Assembly (NCBI GenBank): GCA_030704615.1
Contig: CM060731.1
Span: forward strand, 124,001 to 188,000
DNA length: 64,000 nucleotides
Source: Takakia lepidozioides
Lineage: Eukaryota > Plantae > Bryophyta
Reading direction: 5' to 3'
Shown here: one piece after another, positions 61,055 through 64,000 of the stretch
Numbering within the stretch: position 1 is the stretch's first letter
Layout: each line of letters opens with the position of its first letter
Notes under the pieces: generated by a model
What the model was told of the DNA's origin: nothing
What the model saw: the letters and a program-made list of their open reading frames with translations, nothing else
The model's database searches: none
Translations under genes and position numbers: made by a program

Positions 61055-63973
61055 TCAACGCTTCTTCCGCTTTTGAGGTCGCCCTTCGAAAACTGCAACT
61101 GCCTCGGATGCGTTTTCCATTTCTGAGGCACGCACCCAAGATGCCTCCACATGATGGTAGCCCTTCCATTTCACGAAATATTCCGTTTCTCGATTCTTGA
61201 ACCTCCTCGACTTAAGCACTGCCTCCACCTCGTACTCAGGTTCATTTTCATGATCCAACAGCACAGGTGGCGGACGCAACACTTGATGCCGATTCAGACG
61301 CGCTTCATCTTTGAAGTAAGGCTTCAAAAGGGAGACGTGGAATACCGGATGCACCTTGCTGTTTGCCGGCAGCTCCAATTCATACACATCCTCATTCATA
61401 ACCTTCCGGATGCGAAAGGGTCCCGCATACGGAGATACAAACTTCGGACTCACTTCCGGAGGTAGTCGAAAATTTTGATGTTCAACCAGACCTCCGTGCC
61501 TGCCTCAAACTTAACTTCCCTCCGCTTCCGATTCGGCTGCCGTTCATACCGTTTCCTAGCTTTGGCAATGTTGTACTTTGCGAGCTTCAACAAACGCTCG
61601 CGTTCTTCCAGCACCGCTGCTGCTGCCGGTTCCTCAACGTCTTGGGCGGCCCAACTTGTCGACACCAGAGGCGCTTTTTCATAGACCAATACGAAAGGGG
61701 AAACTCCCATTGCGGAGTGTTTTGTGTTATTATAACAGAACTCTGCCGCATCCAAGTGCTCTACCCAGTTCGATTGGTCTGCCGACACGTAATTCCGCAA
61801 GATTTGCTTCACCACGGAATTCACCCTTTCCGTTTGGCCGTCCGTCGTAGGTCGGAAGGCGGTGCTCATCTTGAGCCTCATCCCCATTTTCTTCCAAAGT
61901 GCCCTCCAAAACTTACTTGTAAACTTTGGATCGCGGTCCGGGACAGTCCATGATGCTTGAAGACGTGGACGAAGTAAAGTCGCCCCGTCTCCTGCGCCGT
62001 TGCCATCTCCTTGGTGGGGATAAAATGGCCCATTTTACTGAACCTATCCACCACTACCATGATTGCATCGAATCCTTTTGACAGCGGCATAGCAATCATG
62101 AAATCCATCGAGACACTTTCCCAAGACCCCTCTGGAATCGGTAAGGGTTGTAACAGCCCCGCTTGCTTTTTGTACTCGCTCCGGTTTTGTTGGCATGTGG
62201 TGCATGTCTTGACATACTCCTCTGCCTCCTCCCTTAGTTTGGGCCAGAAATACTCTTTCTTCAGGAGTGCCGCGGTGCGCTTGGCTCCGTCGTGGCCCGC
62301 AAGCGGGCCATCATGGCATTCTCTCAAGAGACTATCTCTGATCCCTCCCATTGGCACGTAGAGATGCTTTTGCTTGTACCGGAGCAGTCCATTTTGCAAG
62401 TGGAACTGCGATTTAACCCCCATCCTCAAGTCCTGCATCACGGACTTTGCCATCTCGTCCTTCCGGTAAGCCTTCCGGTAAGCCTTCCGGATCTTCCTTT
62501 GGAGCGCCGTCTCGCCCCTGTACACCAACATGAGCTGCTGCTTTCTACTTAGAGCATCGGCCACCACATTGTCCCGTCCCGATTTATACTGGATATCCAC
62601 GTCGAACACCGCCAAAGTATCTTGCCACCTAAGTTGTTTCGGGGACAACTTAGGCTGTGTGGCAAAATACTTCACCGTGACAATGCCCGTGAACACCTTC
62701 ACCGGGTTGGAACCAACATAGTGGCGCCAAAACTCAAGGCAATGCACCACCGCCTTCATTTCTTTCTCGTGCGTTGGCCACCGTCGCTCCACTTCATTCA
62801 GTTTCTTACTTTTGTAAGCCACTGGACGTCCATCCTGCATGAGTACACCTCCAATCGCGAAGTCCGACGCATCCGTATGAATCTCAAATGGACGGTCGAA
62901 CTCCGGGATTTTCAGGACTGGAGCTTCCGCCATCCGCTGCTTCAACTCGGCCAAAGCTTGGCCACAAAAGGTGTTCTATACCCATATCTTGGATTTACAC
63001 AGAAGGTCTGACAGTGGCCCCGCGATCTTGGCGAAATTTCTCACATACTTTCGGTAATAGGAGGCGAGTCCTAGGAAGGATCGCACTCCCGGGACCGAAG
63101 TCGGAGGCTCCCAGTCCAAGATTGCCCTCACCTTTCTGTCATCCATTTTGATCCCATCATGTGTAATCACATCCAGAAATTGCGGGAATGGAAGCTGTAT
63201 GCCAAAGCTTCAAAGTGCGAATTCGGGGTCACAAAAGTAGAGTTCCTACTTTTGAGGTGCTCTAGGTGCTCTTCCTTTGTTTTCGAGTACACCAAGATGT
63301 CGTCAATGTACACGATTACAAAGTCATCCAACCACTCCTGGAAAAGGCTGTTCATTAGCGTGCTAAAGGTCGCGGGTGCGTTGGTGAGTCCAAAAGGCGT
63401 CACCAAGAACTCATATGAACCATATCTTGTCCTGCACGCGGTTTTCTCCTCATCTCCTTCCGCCACTTGGATTTGATGGTAGCCGGAGCGCAAATCGATC
63501 CGGATGAAATACTTCGCTCCTGCCAACCGATCGAAGAGGTCGTCGATCCTTGGCAAAGGGTACCAGTTCTTGATAGTCACCTTATTCAGAGCCCTATAAT
63601 CGACACACATCCGCAGCGTCCCATCCTTCTTGTCTGCGAATAGCACCGGGGCTCTGTAGGGTGACTTACTCGGCCGGATATAACCCTTTGACATTAGATC
63701 CTTGAGCTGAGCCTTCAGCTCGACCAACTCTCTGTGGCTCAACTGGTAGGGCGCCTTGGCAGGCGGCTCCGATCCCGGTATCACCTCAATCTTGTGGTCA
63801 ACTCCTCTTCGCGGTGGCAAGCTGCTTGGTAAATCCTCTGGCATCACATCCTGGTATTTCTCCAAAATCCCCTTGATCCAATCTGGGCTCGGCTCCCTAT
63901 CGCCTTCTCCCTTCACTTGTCTTACGTAAAGCAAAAATTGGGGCTCGTGTGGCTCCTCCACGGCCCACTCCAT
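61055..63973 (-). pseudogene. Chromovirus pol: RT, RNase H, integrase, GPY/F module, chromodomain (frameshifted; continues beyond the window)
   Basis: [64 protein letters not shown]...CTTC, SMDFM, VVDRFSK, TDGQTERVN, YAGPFRI, HPVFHVSLLKPY, YEVEAVL...YFVKWKGY...SWV. Confidence 0.96.
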
Positions 63974-64000
63974 TGCTGATAGCAGGTTTATTCGCCCTCC

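Noticed and set aside
1-64000. tRNA, rRNA or prokaryotic operon features
   Set aside because: None recognised; the sequence has spliceosomal introns and plant TE content throughout.

Overview
Eukaryotic, almost certainly bryophyte-like (moss-type) plant genomic DNA that is mostly nested transposable elements. The organism guess rests on moss-like RPL27 and PPME1 sequences, PLS-class PPR fragments and GT-AG introns. There is one intact host gene, a 13-exon protein phosphatase methylesterase 1 (PPME1/PME-1; 5833-11865, minus strand, 399 aa, one probable GC-AG intron). The TEs are: (i) chromovirus Ty3/gypsy LTRs at both ends of the window, with pol at the right end; (ii) a decayed Ty3/gypsy element (~17.4-35 kb, minus) whose polyprotein has a DNMT3-like C5-cytosine methyltransferase in frame between protease and RT, and a PHD finger after integrase; (iii) a CACTA element with both ends intact (17833-24907, 19-bp TIR, CCT TSD) nested in that gypsy, carrying an FCP1/NIF-like domain and duplicated RPL27 fragments; (iv) a ~10.7-kb TIR DNA element (~35061-45774) with a Sola-like transposase fragment and, divergently, an intron-containing beta-class amino (N6-A/N4-C) DNA-methyltransferase-like gene; (v) LINE fragments of at least two families, a second CACTA end, and captured PPR and LRR fragments. 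The most notable signal is two adjacent, unrelated TE families that each carry their own DNA methyltransferase of a different class. All calls are by eye; no searches were run.
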